Virus record (IMG/VR): IMGVR_UViG_3300030095_006070
Span: 1 to 28,855 of that record
Strand: one strand, 5' to 3'
Origin: a virus
Taxonomy: Duplodnaviria > Caudoviricetes
Length of the DNA stretch: 28,855 nt
Made by a program: the position numbers and the translations under genes. The notes under the pieces are model-generated. The model saw only the letters and a list, made by a program, of their open reading frames with translations, had not been told where the DNA came from and did not search any database. The number at the start of each line of letters is the position of its first letter. Position 1 is the first letter of the stretch. Shown piece after piece: positions 1 to 9,800 of the stretch.

Positions 1-267
1 CACGAAACTGTCGAATCAATCTCAAAACGTCGCAAACCATTTACTGTTGATTATACAGGATTTGGATGGGTATTAATTAAGAAGGGAGTATTTGAAGAAA
101 TGGAATACCCATGGTTTGCACCTAAGATGCAAGTCTTTGAGAGTGGGAGTGTTCAGGACATGTGTGGTGAGGATGTCTCATTCTGTTTAGATGCTAAAGA
201 GATGGGATATGATATTTGGTGTGATCCACGTATTCGTGTGGGTCATGAAAAGATGCGTGTAATTTAA
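1..267 (+). CDS. Glycosyltransferase (GT-A/GT2-like), C-terminal part, truncated by the window start
   Basis: Frame 1 is open from base 1 to TAA at 265-267: HETVESISKRRKPFTVDYTGFGWVLIKKGVFEEMEYPWF...GEDVSFCLDAKEMGYDIWCDPRIRVGHEKMRVI*. The TGFG..LIK..VF, GED..FC and G..IW.DP.I.VGH motifs are typical of GT2-like C-terminal halves. Not in the ORF track. Confidence 0.8.
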   Translation, partial: HETVESISKRRKPFTVDYTGFGWVLIKKGVFEEMEYPWFAPKMQVFESGSVQDMCGEDVSFCLDAKEMGYDIWCDPRIRVGHEKMRVI

Positions 268-273
268 GGAGGT
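265..273 (+). promoter_or_regulatory. Strong Shine-Dalgarno (TAAGGAGGT) overlapping the glycosyltransferase stop codon
   Basis: TAAGGAGGT at 265-273, directly upstream of ATG at 277. Confidence 0.8.
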
Positions 274-276
274 ATT

Positions 277-423
277 ATGGCAGTCAGAAGTAAATCATTA
301 TCTGGTGGAGTGTTTATTGAGGCTCATCCTAAAAAAACTCGCCAAGGAAATGGTAAGCACACTAAGTACGCCGCATCGTCTCGTAATGGAGCAAAGAAAC
401 GGTATCGTGGTCAAGGTAAATAG
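277..423 (+). CDS. Small highly basic protein (48 aa), unknown function
   Basis: Manual translation: MAVRSKSLSGGVFIEAHPKKTRQGNGKHTKYAASSRNGAKKRYRGQGK*. Strong SD, fills the gap between neighbouring genes, 13 K/R versus 1 acidic residue. Below the ORF-track size cutoff. Confidence 0.85.
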   Translation: MAVRSKSLSGGVFIEAHPKKTRQGNGKHTKYAASSRNGAKKRYRGQGK

Positions 424-443
424 TGTAGTTATATGAATACATC

Positions 444-1130
444 ATGGCTGCACTTATATGTAATCTTCCTGCAGTGGAAGTATGGGTACGTAAAGAATAT
501 CTAACTGACCATCAAAGTGGTCATGGTGAATTTGTAAAAGGCGTTTGGGTATCGTGTAAATCGATGCCTGGGCGCACTTTTTATTTTGAGACGTATTTAC
601 CTGAATATGCGGCAATGTATGACAAACTACCTATTAGCGCGTTCCTCTCGTCTCCAGAGGTCCCAGACCCCGATATGGACCTTCCTAACCTACAGTTCTG
701 GAACTGTATGGATTATGGTGTTGTTGCAATATGTAAGCAATTTATTGGTAGTATGGACTATGAATTGTATACAAGAGACTTTGGTATACAGAAAGGTACA
801 TATGTTTGTACATTAGATAACTATCATCAAGATCCTGATGTAATTGATTATGCAACAAGTGAGAATCCAGCTGAACATAAGTCACATAATCTAATCGAAC
901 TAGATAATGGACAGTATGCATTGTATCCAAATAATAGAATGCGTATTTTTGATAATAGTTTAACACCTGTTGAACCAAAGATGCCTGATTTTAAGGTTTC
1001 GACTCAATATTACCAAGTTGAAAATGGTTTTGAGAGACTTGGAATGGGTCGTGAGGACGAATATTTTTGGAAAACAGCAAAAGAAAGAGAAAATTCACCA
1101 GAAACGGAGAAAAATGATGACAAATCATGA
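444..1130 (+). CDS. Conserved phage hypothetical protein (228 aa)
   Basis: Long ORF with globular, aromatic-rich composition (VWVRKEYL, YDKLPISAF, LQFWNC, EHKSHN, LDNGQYALYPNNR). Recalled as a recurrent marine-phage hypothetical; no function recognised. Confidence 0.8.
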   Translation: MAALICNLPAVEVWVRKEYLTDHQSGHGEFVKGVWVSCKSMPGRTFYFETYLPEYAAMYDKLPISAFLSSPEVPDPDMDLPNLQFWNCMDYGVVAICKQFIGSMDYELYTRDFGIQKGTYVCTLDNYHQDPDVIDYATSENPAEHKSHNLIELDNGQYALYPNNRMRIFDNSLTPVEPKMPDFKVSTQYYQVENGFERLGMGREDEYFWKTAKERENSPETEKNDDKS

Positions 1131-1293
1131 TTTTTTAGATAATTTAGCTAATAATCAGCATCAAAAGATGCTTCGTGAGATTGCAAATGACAACCAAACA
1201 CCTAAAAAGAGAGATTCACTGAAGGAAACTGAACTTTTTGAGATTGATGAAATCATATCAGAAACTGAACCAATGACACTCAATGAGTTTTGA
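1117..1293 (+). CDS. Small acidic hypothetical protein (about 58 aa; start revised from 970)
   Basis: GGAG at 1106-1109 precedes in-frame ATGs at 1114 and 1117. This start gives only a short overlap with the upstream gene, whereas 970 would overlap it by 161 nt. Product MTNHDFLDNLANNQHQKMLREIAND...MTLNEF. Confidence 0.65.
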   Translation: MTNHDFLDNLANNQHQKMLREIANDNQTPKKRDSLKETELFEIDEIISETEPMTLNEF

Positions 1294-1303
1294 TCTCATA
1301 CCT

Positions 1304-1312
1304 TAATAAATA
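1304..1312 (+). promoter_or_regulatory. T4-type late promoter (TAATAAATA) for gp25-gp6-gp7
   Basis: ATAAATA core in the intergenic gap about 21 nt before the gp25 GTG. The T4 gp55 consensus is TATAAATA. Confidence 0.8.
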
Positions 1313-1333
1313 AGATATAATCGCAGCATTCTT

Positions 1334-1735
1334 GTGCCTTTAGAAAGGGTAAGTCAGGGTTTTAAGGATATTAGTATGACTTTTCAGAGTAACCCTCTGA
1401 CAAGTGATCTTATTGCACTTAAAAATGAAAATGCAATTGCTCGTTCTATACGAAATATTGTATTTACAATTCCTGGCGAGAAATTTTTTAATGAATCGTT
1501 TGGATCTAATATCAATAGATCACTTTTCGACAATATTGATGAATTATCAGCACTAGTCATTAAAGATCAGATTACTGAATCAATTGAAAACTTTGAACCA
1601 AGAGTTGAATTAATTAAAGTTATAACTTCTCCTGATTTTGACAATAATAGTTTTGATGTTGTTCTAACATATGAAATTATTGGAGCTGATATACCACCAC
1701 AAGAATTACAATTTGTTTTGCAACAAACTAGGTAA
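1334..1735 (+). CDS. gp25: Baseplate wedge subunit gp25
   Basis: FKDIS..F..NP...D, NENAIARSIRNIVFTIPGEKFFNESFGS and IENFEPRV are GPW/gp25 family motifs. GTG start; lies directly before gp6. Confidence 0.93.
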   Translation: MPLERVSQGFKDISMTFQSNPLTSDLIALKNENAIARSIRNIVFTIPGEKFFNESFGSNINRSLFDNIDELSALVIKDQITESIENFEPRVELIKVITSPDFDNNSFDVVLTYEIIGADIPPQELQFVLQQTR

Positions 1736-1737
1736 AA

Positions 1738-3798
1738 ATGCCACTAGCTAATTTCACAAACCTAGACTTTGGTCAGGTTAAAACAACACTTAGAGAATAT
1801 CTAAAGGAAAACTCCAATTTCACTGATTATGATTTTGAAGGGTCTAACCTTTCAACAATTCTTGATGTATTGGCATATAACACCTATATCACTTCATATA
1901 ATGCGAATATGGTCGCAAATGAAGTGTTTATTGATAGTGCAACATTAAGAGAGAATGTTGTTTCACTTGCAAGAAATATTGGATATCTTCCCAAATCAAG
2001 AAAATCAGCAACATCAACTGTAAGTTTCTTTATTGATACAACAAATATAACACCTGTACCTAGTACAATTACTCTTAAGAAAGGAATTGTAGCTACGAGT
2101 CAAGGTTCTTTTGGAAGACAATCATATACTTTTTGTATATTGTCTGATATAACAGTTCCTGTTATTGATGGTATTGCATCATTTAATAATATTTTCATCT
2201 ATGAGGGAAGTTTATTAACTTCTAATTTCACAAATAGTGCAAGAACACCAAATCAAAAGTTTATCTTACAAAATCCTGGAATTGATACTGATTTAATTTC
2301 TGTTAGTATCAAACCAAATGAGCAATCAACTATAAATGTAAAATATAGTCGTCAAGATAGTCTATTTGATATCAAATCTGATTCTAAAGTATATTACCTT
2401 CAAGAAGTTGAGGATGAAAGATATCAAGTATTTTTTGGTGATGGTATCTTTGGAAACAAACTTGATGATAATAACTTTATTACTGTAGATTACATTACAT
2501 CTAATGGTGATTCAGCAAATGGAGTAAATCAATTCACTTTTGCTGGTAGATTAGTTTATACAAGAAATTCCCAAGAATATACAGTAACTGCTGGCATTTC
2601 ACTACTAACTACAGGAATATCTGCATCTGGAGGTGAATCTATTGAAGGTGTAGAATCAATTAAAAAGTTTGCGCCAAGAATTTATGCATCTCAGAATAGA
2701 GCACTAACTGCAAATGATTATGAAACTTTAATTCCAGCAAAAATTTATCCTGAAACTGAATCAATATCAGTTTTTGGTGGAGAAGAATTAGTTCCACCAC
2801 AATATGGTAAAGTATTCATTAGTATTAAACCAAGATTTGGAGATTTTATTCCAAATCTGATTAAAGAGAATATAAAAATAAAATTAAAAAAATATGCTGT
2901 TGCAGGTATTGTACCGGAAATTTTAGATCTAAAATATTTGTATCTAGAAGTAAATACAAAAATTTACTATAATACAAATCTTGCACCTTCCTCCGCATAT
3001 GTCTCTACAATTGTTCAAAACAATACGACAAAGTATTCTGAGTCAACTGAGTTAAACAAATATGGTGCAAGGTTTAAGTATAGTAAATTCTTAAAAACTG
3101 TTGATGATAGTCATGAATCAGTGACTTCAAATATCACAACTGTGGCGATGAGAAGAGATTTGAGAGTTGTTTTAGACACTTTTGCAGAATATCAAATTTC
3201 TTTTGGAAATTCCTTCCATATTAAAAATATGAATGGGTATAACATCAAAACTTCTGCATTTAGAATTGCTGGAGTTCAATCTAATGTATACCTAGCAGAT
3301 ATACCTGATACAAATAGAGTGACAGGATCTTTGTTCTTGTTTACATTACCATCAGCAGGATCACAATCACCAACTATTGTGAGACGTAATGTTGGAAGAA
3401 TTAATTATGTAAGTGGTACTGTTACTTTAAATCCAGTAAATGTTTTAGCTGGAAAAACTAAAGATGGACAACCAATTATTGAAATTGAATCAACTCCAAC
3501 TTCAAATGATGTTGTTGGATTACAGGATCTTTATTTGCAACTAGATATAAGTAACAGTAATTTTGAAACTGTTGTTGATGATATAGCATCTGGATTAGAT
3601 CCATCTGCATCCAGTTATATCGTATCCTCTAGTTACTCAAACGGCAATTTAGTTCGTTCTGGAGGTCCAGATACAAATATTGTAACTGGAAATGGAACTG
3701 GAGGTTCTTCTGCTTCTACTTCTAATGTAACTACTCAACAAGCAACAACATCAACATCCACAGCTGGATCATCCACATCAGGTTCAATCTCATACTAA
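1738..3798 (+). CDS. gp6: Baseplate wedge subunit gp6
   Basis: LDFGQVK..L, FTDYDFEGSNLSTILDVLAYNTY, FIDSATLRENVVSLARNIGYLPKS, FGDGIFG, SQNRALTANDYE and PPQYGKVFISIKP match T4 gp6; size is similar. Confidence 0.95.
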   Translation: MPLANFTNLDFGQVKTTLREYLKENSNFTDYDFEGSNLSTILDVLAYNTYITSYNANMVANEVFIDSATLRENVVSLARNIGYLPKSRKSATSTVSFFIDTTNITPVPSTITLKKGIVATSQGSFGRQSYTFCILSDITVPVIDGIASFNNIFIYEGSLLTSNFTNSARTPNQKFILQNPGIDTDLISVSIKPNEQSTINVKYSRQDSLFDIKSDSKVYYLQEVEDERYQVFFGDGIFGNKLDDNNFITVDYITSNGDSANGVNQFTFAGRLVYTRNSQEYTVTAGISLLTTGISASGGESIEGVESIKKFAPRIYASQNRALTANDYETLIPAKIYPETESISVFGGEELVPPQYGKVFISIKPRFGDFIPNLIKENIKIKLKKYAVAGIVPEILDLKYLYLEVNTKIYYNTNLAPSSAYVSTIVQNNTTKYSESTELNKYGARFKYSKFLKTVDDSHESVTSNITTVAMRRDLRVVLDTFAEYQISFGNSFHIKNMNGYNIKTSAFRIAGVQSNVYLADIPDTNRVTGSLFLFTLPSAGSQSPTIVRRNVGRINYVSGTVTLNPVNVLAGKTKDGQPIIEIESTPTSNDVVGLQDLYLQLDISNSNFETVVDDIASGLDPSASSYIVSSSYSNGNLVRSGGPDTNIVTGNGTGGSSASTSNVTTQQATTSTSTAGSSTSGSISY

Positions 3799-3815
3799 GA
3801 AGATAAAATCATAAC

Positions 3816-6800
3816 ATGTCAGAAACTAGAGTTCAGTTTAATACTATCGTATCTAACCAACTTCCTACTTATGTGCAGGAAGATTATCCTCTTATATCGC
3901 AATTTTTAAAACAGTATTATCTTGGACAAGAGTATCAAGGTGGACCGGTTGACCTGATTCAAAATATTGACAAATATATTAAATTAGATGAAACTACAAA
4001 TTTAAATGAATCTGTAGTGTTGAATGGCGATATTGAGTTTGATGCAGAAACTATAAATGTTGATGTTACAGCATCTCCATATGGAACTGATGGTTTTCCA
4101 GATTCTTATGGTCTTTTACAGATAGATGATGAGGTAATTACATATACTGGAAAAACTGAGTTTTCTTTTACTGGATGTATCAGAGGATTTGTTGGAATTA
4201 CTTCATATAAAAGTGAGTTGAATAAAGAAGAAGTAGTATTTAAAGAAACTGAATCTGAAGACCATAAGAACCAATCTGTCATTAAAAATTTAAGTTGTTT
4301 ATTTTTAAAAGAGTTTTTATTAAAAACAAAATATCAATTAGCACCTGGATTTGAAGAAAGAACATTAACTTCGGGATTAAATCAAAATATTTTTCTAAAG
4401 CAGTCAAAAGACTTTTATTTGAGTAAAGGTACAGATACATCTTTTGAAATTTTATTTAAAGCTTTATATAATGAAGATGTAAAAATTATAAGACCTAGTG
4501 ATTTTTTAATCGAACCATCAGATGCACAGTATAGAATTACAAAAGACTTAGTTGTAGAGGCAATTGAAGGAAATCCTGTAAATTTAGAAAATGCTACTTT
4601 ATATCAAAGTGAATATAAGTTTGGTAGTGAAATACAAAACGCATATGCTCCAATAACTGATGTTGAAGAAATATCAGTTGGATATGGAAAAACTTTTTAT
4701 AAAATTAGTTTTGATGGTGGGTATAATAGAGATATTAATGTTGATGGGTCTTTATATGGTGCCTTTTCAGTAGAACCCTCTACAAGAGTTATTGGAGATG
4801 TTTCTTCTAATTCAACATCAATTGATGTAGATTCTACTGTTGGATTTGGTTCTACAGGAGAATTGTATGTCAATTACAATGATACTACTACAGGAGTAGT
4901 GTCATATACATCAAAATCTTTAACTCAATTTTTTGGAATTACAAATGTAACGGGAAACATATCTGATGCATCTACTGTAGGAGTCAATACTTTTGCTTAT
5001 GGCAGATCTAATTTGGATCAAAATGAAATTATTAAAGTTAGAGTTAATTCTGTTTTAAGATCAATAGAATTACCTACAAATACATCTGATTTAGTTAAAA
5101 ATGGAACAATTAATATCAGTTCCCTTGGATTCTCAGAAAATAGCAAAAATACTAATAAGTGGTTTTATAATCTATCTCCAGTATACAAGGTATTTAAATT
5201 AGAAGAATTAGATTCTTCTAATTACACATATAAAGTAACTTTAAATGTTGCACCTAACATTAGACTTGGAGATTCTTTTGAATTTATTTTAAATGATGGT
5301 AGTAAAAAACTAACCAATATAATTGATATTACATCAGAAAAATCCTTTATTGTAAAGGGTCAAGGATATCTTGATTTAAATTTAATTTACAAAATTCAAA
5401 GAAAACTACAAAAAGCTGCATCTAATATTTTTACCGACATTGCATCATATTCAACTGATGTTAGTAATGTATATAAAAATGGTAGTGATTATTTAATTGC
5501 TTCTTCATCTATTCCATATTATAATTCTCAACCACTAGAGTCATCTACTAGAGAAGTTATTTTTTCTGGGACTTTTAGTGGAGATGAGTTTGAGATTACC
5601 CCAGGAAAAGAACATGGATTTTATACTGGAGATTCTATCTACTATTCTGCAGAAGTTATTAATGAAAATTACATTGATGATTCTGGAAATTCCTCCACAA
5701 GAGAAGTAAGAGGAGTTGGACTTTTTGCTGATGGATTATATTTTATCAAAAGAATTGATGGATTTACTATAAAATTTGCAAAGAGTAGAAATGATATACT
5801 CAATTCAAATTTTGTATCTCTTTCCGAAGAGACTACAGTATCTTCTAGTTCGATTAAACCATATGAGTTCAATGAAAAAGTATTAAATTCTCAAAAATTA
5901 CTTAGAAAAATTTCAGATCCGATTAATGATGGATCTATTAATAAAACTAATCCAGGTTTTACTGGTATTCTGGTTAATGGTGTAGAAGTTTTAAATTATA
6001 AATCAAAGGATGTTGTTAGATATGGAAAGATTGAAGATATTGAAATTATTGCTCCAGGAGAAAATATTGATGTAGTAAATACTCCGGATTTAATAATTAA
6101 AGATTCTGTAGGGACTGGGGCAACTGGATATGCTGCAGTTTCTGGATCTTTTGAAGAGATTAGAATTATTGATCCCGGATTTGATTATGAAACAACTCCA
6201 ACTTTAAAAATTGTTGGTGGGAATGGATCTGGTGCAACTGGCCAGATTAATATGAAGTCTATTACTCATACTGCAGATTTCTTTGCTGATGTATCATCAA
6301 ATCGAGTTGTTATTGGTACAACATCAACTCAATCTAGAATTGGATTCTCTACATATCATAAATTTAGAAATGCAGAGCAAGTAATTTATAAAACATCTGA
6401 TCAAAGTGGGATTGCTGGGATAGTTACAAATTCTGCATATTTCGTTTCTACTATTGATAATACGACTGTTAGGTTACATAAAACGCAGGGAGATGCTATA
6501 TCTGGAATTAATACCGTATTTTTAACATCTTACGGTATTGGTAGACATTTTTTAGAATCTGTAAGCAAAAAATTAGTTGTCAATTCCATTAATATTGTTA
6601 ATGGTGGATCTGGATATGAAAATAAAAAAAGAACAGCATCTGCGGAGTCTGGAATTAGCACAATTTCAAATTCAATTAAAATTTCAAATCATGACTATAA
6701 GTCTGGAGAGACGGTAAAATATACTCATGTCGGAACCATAGCTTCTGGACTTTCCACAAATACAGAATATTATGTAACTAAAGTAGGTGATAATTCATTC

Positions 6801-9800
6801 AATCTTTCTCAAGTTGGATCAGAATCTGATAAAGAGTTTTATTATAGAACAAAACAATATGTTGATATAACATCAGTGGGAGTTGGAACTCATATATTCA
6901 ATTATCCAGATATATCAGTAAGTCTGGTTGGAAAAGTTGGAATATCTTCTATAGGGTTAGAAACATTTGAATCTTCAGTTCAACCCATTGTTAGAGGACA
7001 AATAACTTCAGTTCATCTTGAAAATAATGGTGTTGGATATGGATCTTCTGAAATTATCAATCTAGATTATCAACCACAAATAACTTTAGATTCAGGTATT
7101 GATGCACAACTTCAACCTGTTGTAAGTAATGGAAAAATTGTTCAAGTTATAATTTTAAATTCTGGTAGTAAATATTTTTCAAATCCTGATCTTAATATTA
7201 CTGGTGGTGGCATAGGTGCTGTTCTTACTCCAGTATTAGAAAATGGTAGTATAAAATCTATTAACGTGATAGAACCTGGTGGCGGATATTCTCAAGAAAC
7301 TACAACAATTGATGTAGTTCCTACAGGATCTACTCAAATATTACCTGAGTTTAAAGCAAATATCAAATCCTGGAGAGTGAACCTCTATCAAAAATATTTT
7401 TCATCTTTTTCTGAAGATGATGGAATCATATCTGATGGCAATTATGGATTGCAATATTCTCATTTATATGCTCCAAGAATTTTAAGAGAAACGGTTTATT
7501 CTATTGACTTAGAAGGAAAGAAACTCTACAACGATTTTGACTTAAAAACAGTTGATGGTATAGAAGAACCTTCAGACCAACACTCACCAATTCTTGGATT
7601 TGCATATGATGGAAATCCAATTTACGGTCCATATGGATATAAAACAAAAAATGGTGGTATAGTATCACAGATGAAATCTGGATATGGTCTTGATTTAAAG
7701 GATGGTAGACCATCGACTTCTGTTTTCCCTGAAGGATTTTTTGTAGAAGATTATACTCACAATGAAGTTTCTGATGATACTATACTTGATGTTAATAATG
7801 GAAGATTCTGTGTAACTCCGGATTATCCAAAGGGTACATATGCATATTTCATGACTATTAATGACAAGTCATCTTCAACTTCAGGAGTTTTTGAAAAATA
7901 TAGAGAACCAGTATTCCCATACATTATAGGTCAAAATTATCAATCTATCACCAATGAATTTAATTTTAAATTGGATTCAAATCAAGATAGTTATGATCTT
8001 GAAAATAATGGATGGAGAAGAAATACTCAACCACTCAACTTAATTGAAGAAGATTTGGAATATCCTTATTTGTTTATACCAAATAAATTTAATCAAACAG
8101 CAAAAGTTGCAGCAGTTACACCAGGAAAAATTTTAAGTGTTGGTATAGTAACTGGTGGTAGTGGATATAGAGTTAATGAAGAATTGGTGTTTAATAATAA
8201 TGGAACACAAGGAAATCATGTATCTGCAAAGGTAAGTAGAGTAAAAGGAAGACCTGTAACTAATATTAGTGTTGCATCAAGTATTGTTGAAAATGTTGAA
8301 TTTTATCCTGGAGATGAAAGAGGTGAATATTTAATATTTGCCGACAATCCCCATAATTTTATAAATTTAGATTCTATTTCAATTTCTGGATTATCTACAA
8401 CATCATCTAAAATTGAAGGAAGTTATATTGCAGGAATTCAAACTAATCGATTGACAGTGGCAGGAGTAGGTAGTACTGGAGTAGCCATAGGAACTGATGG
8501 TGTAACTGGCATTGTTACTTATTTTAAAGTTAATGGTAATTTGGGATATCCAAGTATTAGAGAAAATGATATTCTCAGCATTGGAACAGAAAAAATTAAA
8601 GTATTAAACGTAGATGCCCTATCCTCTAGAATTAGAGTTTTGAGGGCAGTAGAGGGGACTACAGGTGCCTCTCACACTATTGGTAAGTATATCTACGAAG
8701 ACTCAAGAAAAATTAAAATTAACTCCGGATTCAAGACAGATTATGCATATTCTAGGAATAAGCAGATTTATTTTGATCCGGCAAGTGCTGTTGGACTTGG
8801 AACTACTGCTGGTGTTGGAATAGGGACTACGATCTCTTTTGCAAATCCAGGATCTGGTGCGACTCAGGCATTTATTCCAACCAAGAGTATTTTTATTAAA
8901 AATCACAACCTCAATACTGGAGATCAATTAACATACTCACCAGGAACGGGTGGAAATGGTATTATTGTTCAAGATGAAACTAATGTTGGAGTTGGGATAA
9001 CATTATCTAATGGCCAAACTTTATTTGTTGCAAAAATAAGTAATGATTTGATTGGAATCGCAACTGTTAGAGTAGGTCTTGGAACTACTGGAAGTTTTGT
9101 TGGAGGAGCAAATACAGACTCATCTACATTATTCTTTAGAACAGTAGGTACTGGAGATACTCACAGCTTTACTACGAACTATAATGTAATTACCGGCAAT
9201 GTTCAAAGAAATTTAGTCACAGTTTCTACTGCAACAACTCACGGATTAAGTTCTCCCCATAATGTATTTGTATCGGTCAATCCACAAAATACTGGCATTG
9301 CAACAGTAAAATATAATGACTATAACTCAAGAATTGTAATTAACCCTATTGGATTTGCAACTGCTGGAGTCAACACTTCTACAAATACAATTTTATTGCC
9401 GACTCACGGATTTAAAACTGGTGACAAGATAATTCACACTGCCACAACTTCATCTGAAGGTTTGGAAAATGAAAAAATGTATTATGTTGTCAATGTTGAT
9501 AAAAATACAATAAAATTATCAAATACTTATTTCAACTCCATTCAAGATAAACCAGAAATTGTTGGCATAACAAGTGCTTCTGATGGAATTATCAACCCAA
9601 TAAATCCCCCAATTGATTTGTATAAAAATTCAACAATAACATTTGATTTATCTGATTCGTCACTGGCATTTTCCAATCAAGGAACAATTTATTCTGCATT
9701 TGATTTTAATTTATATTCTGACAAAAATTTCACTAAAGTTTGGAATACTTCTAAGGTAAATAATAATTTTGAATTAATCAAAGATGGAAAAGTTGGAACT

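Noticed and set aside
658-682. AGGTCC/GGACCT inverted repeat as a terminator
   Set aside because: Only a 6-bp stem with a 13-nt loop, inside a CDS, with no U-tract.
586-978. ORFs 586..816 (+) and 742..978 (-)
   Set aside because: Fully nested in the 228-aa gene, with no recognisable motifs or RBS.
970-1113. N-terminal extension of the 107-aa ORF
   Set aside because: Overlaps the upstream gene out of frame; the SD supports a start at 1114 or 1117.
6618-6632. A-rich run as a possible frameshift site in gp7
   Set aside because: Explained by Asn/Lys codons in an AT-rich gene; no stimulatory structure or useful alternative frame noticed.
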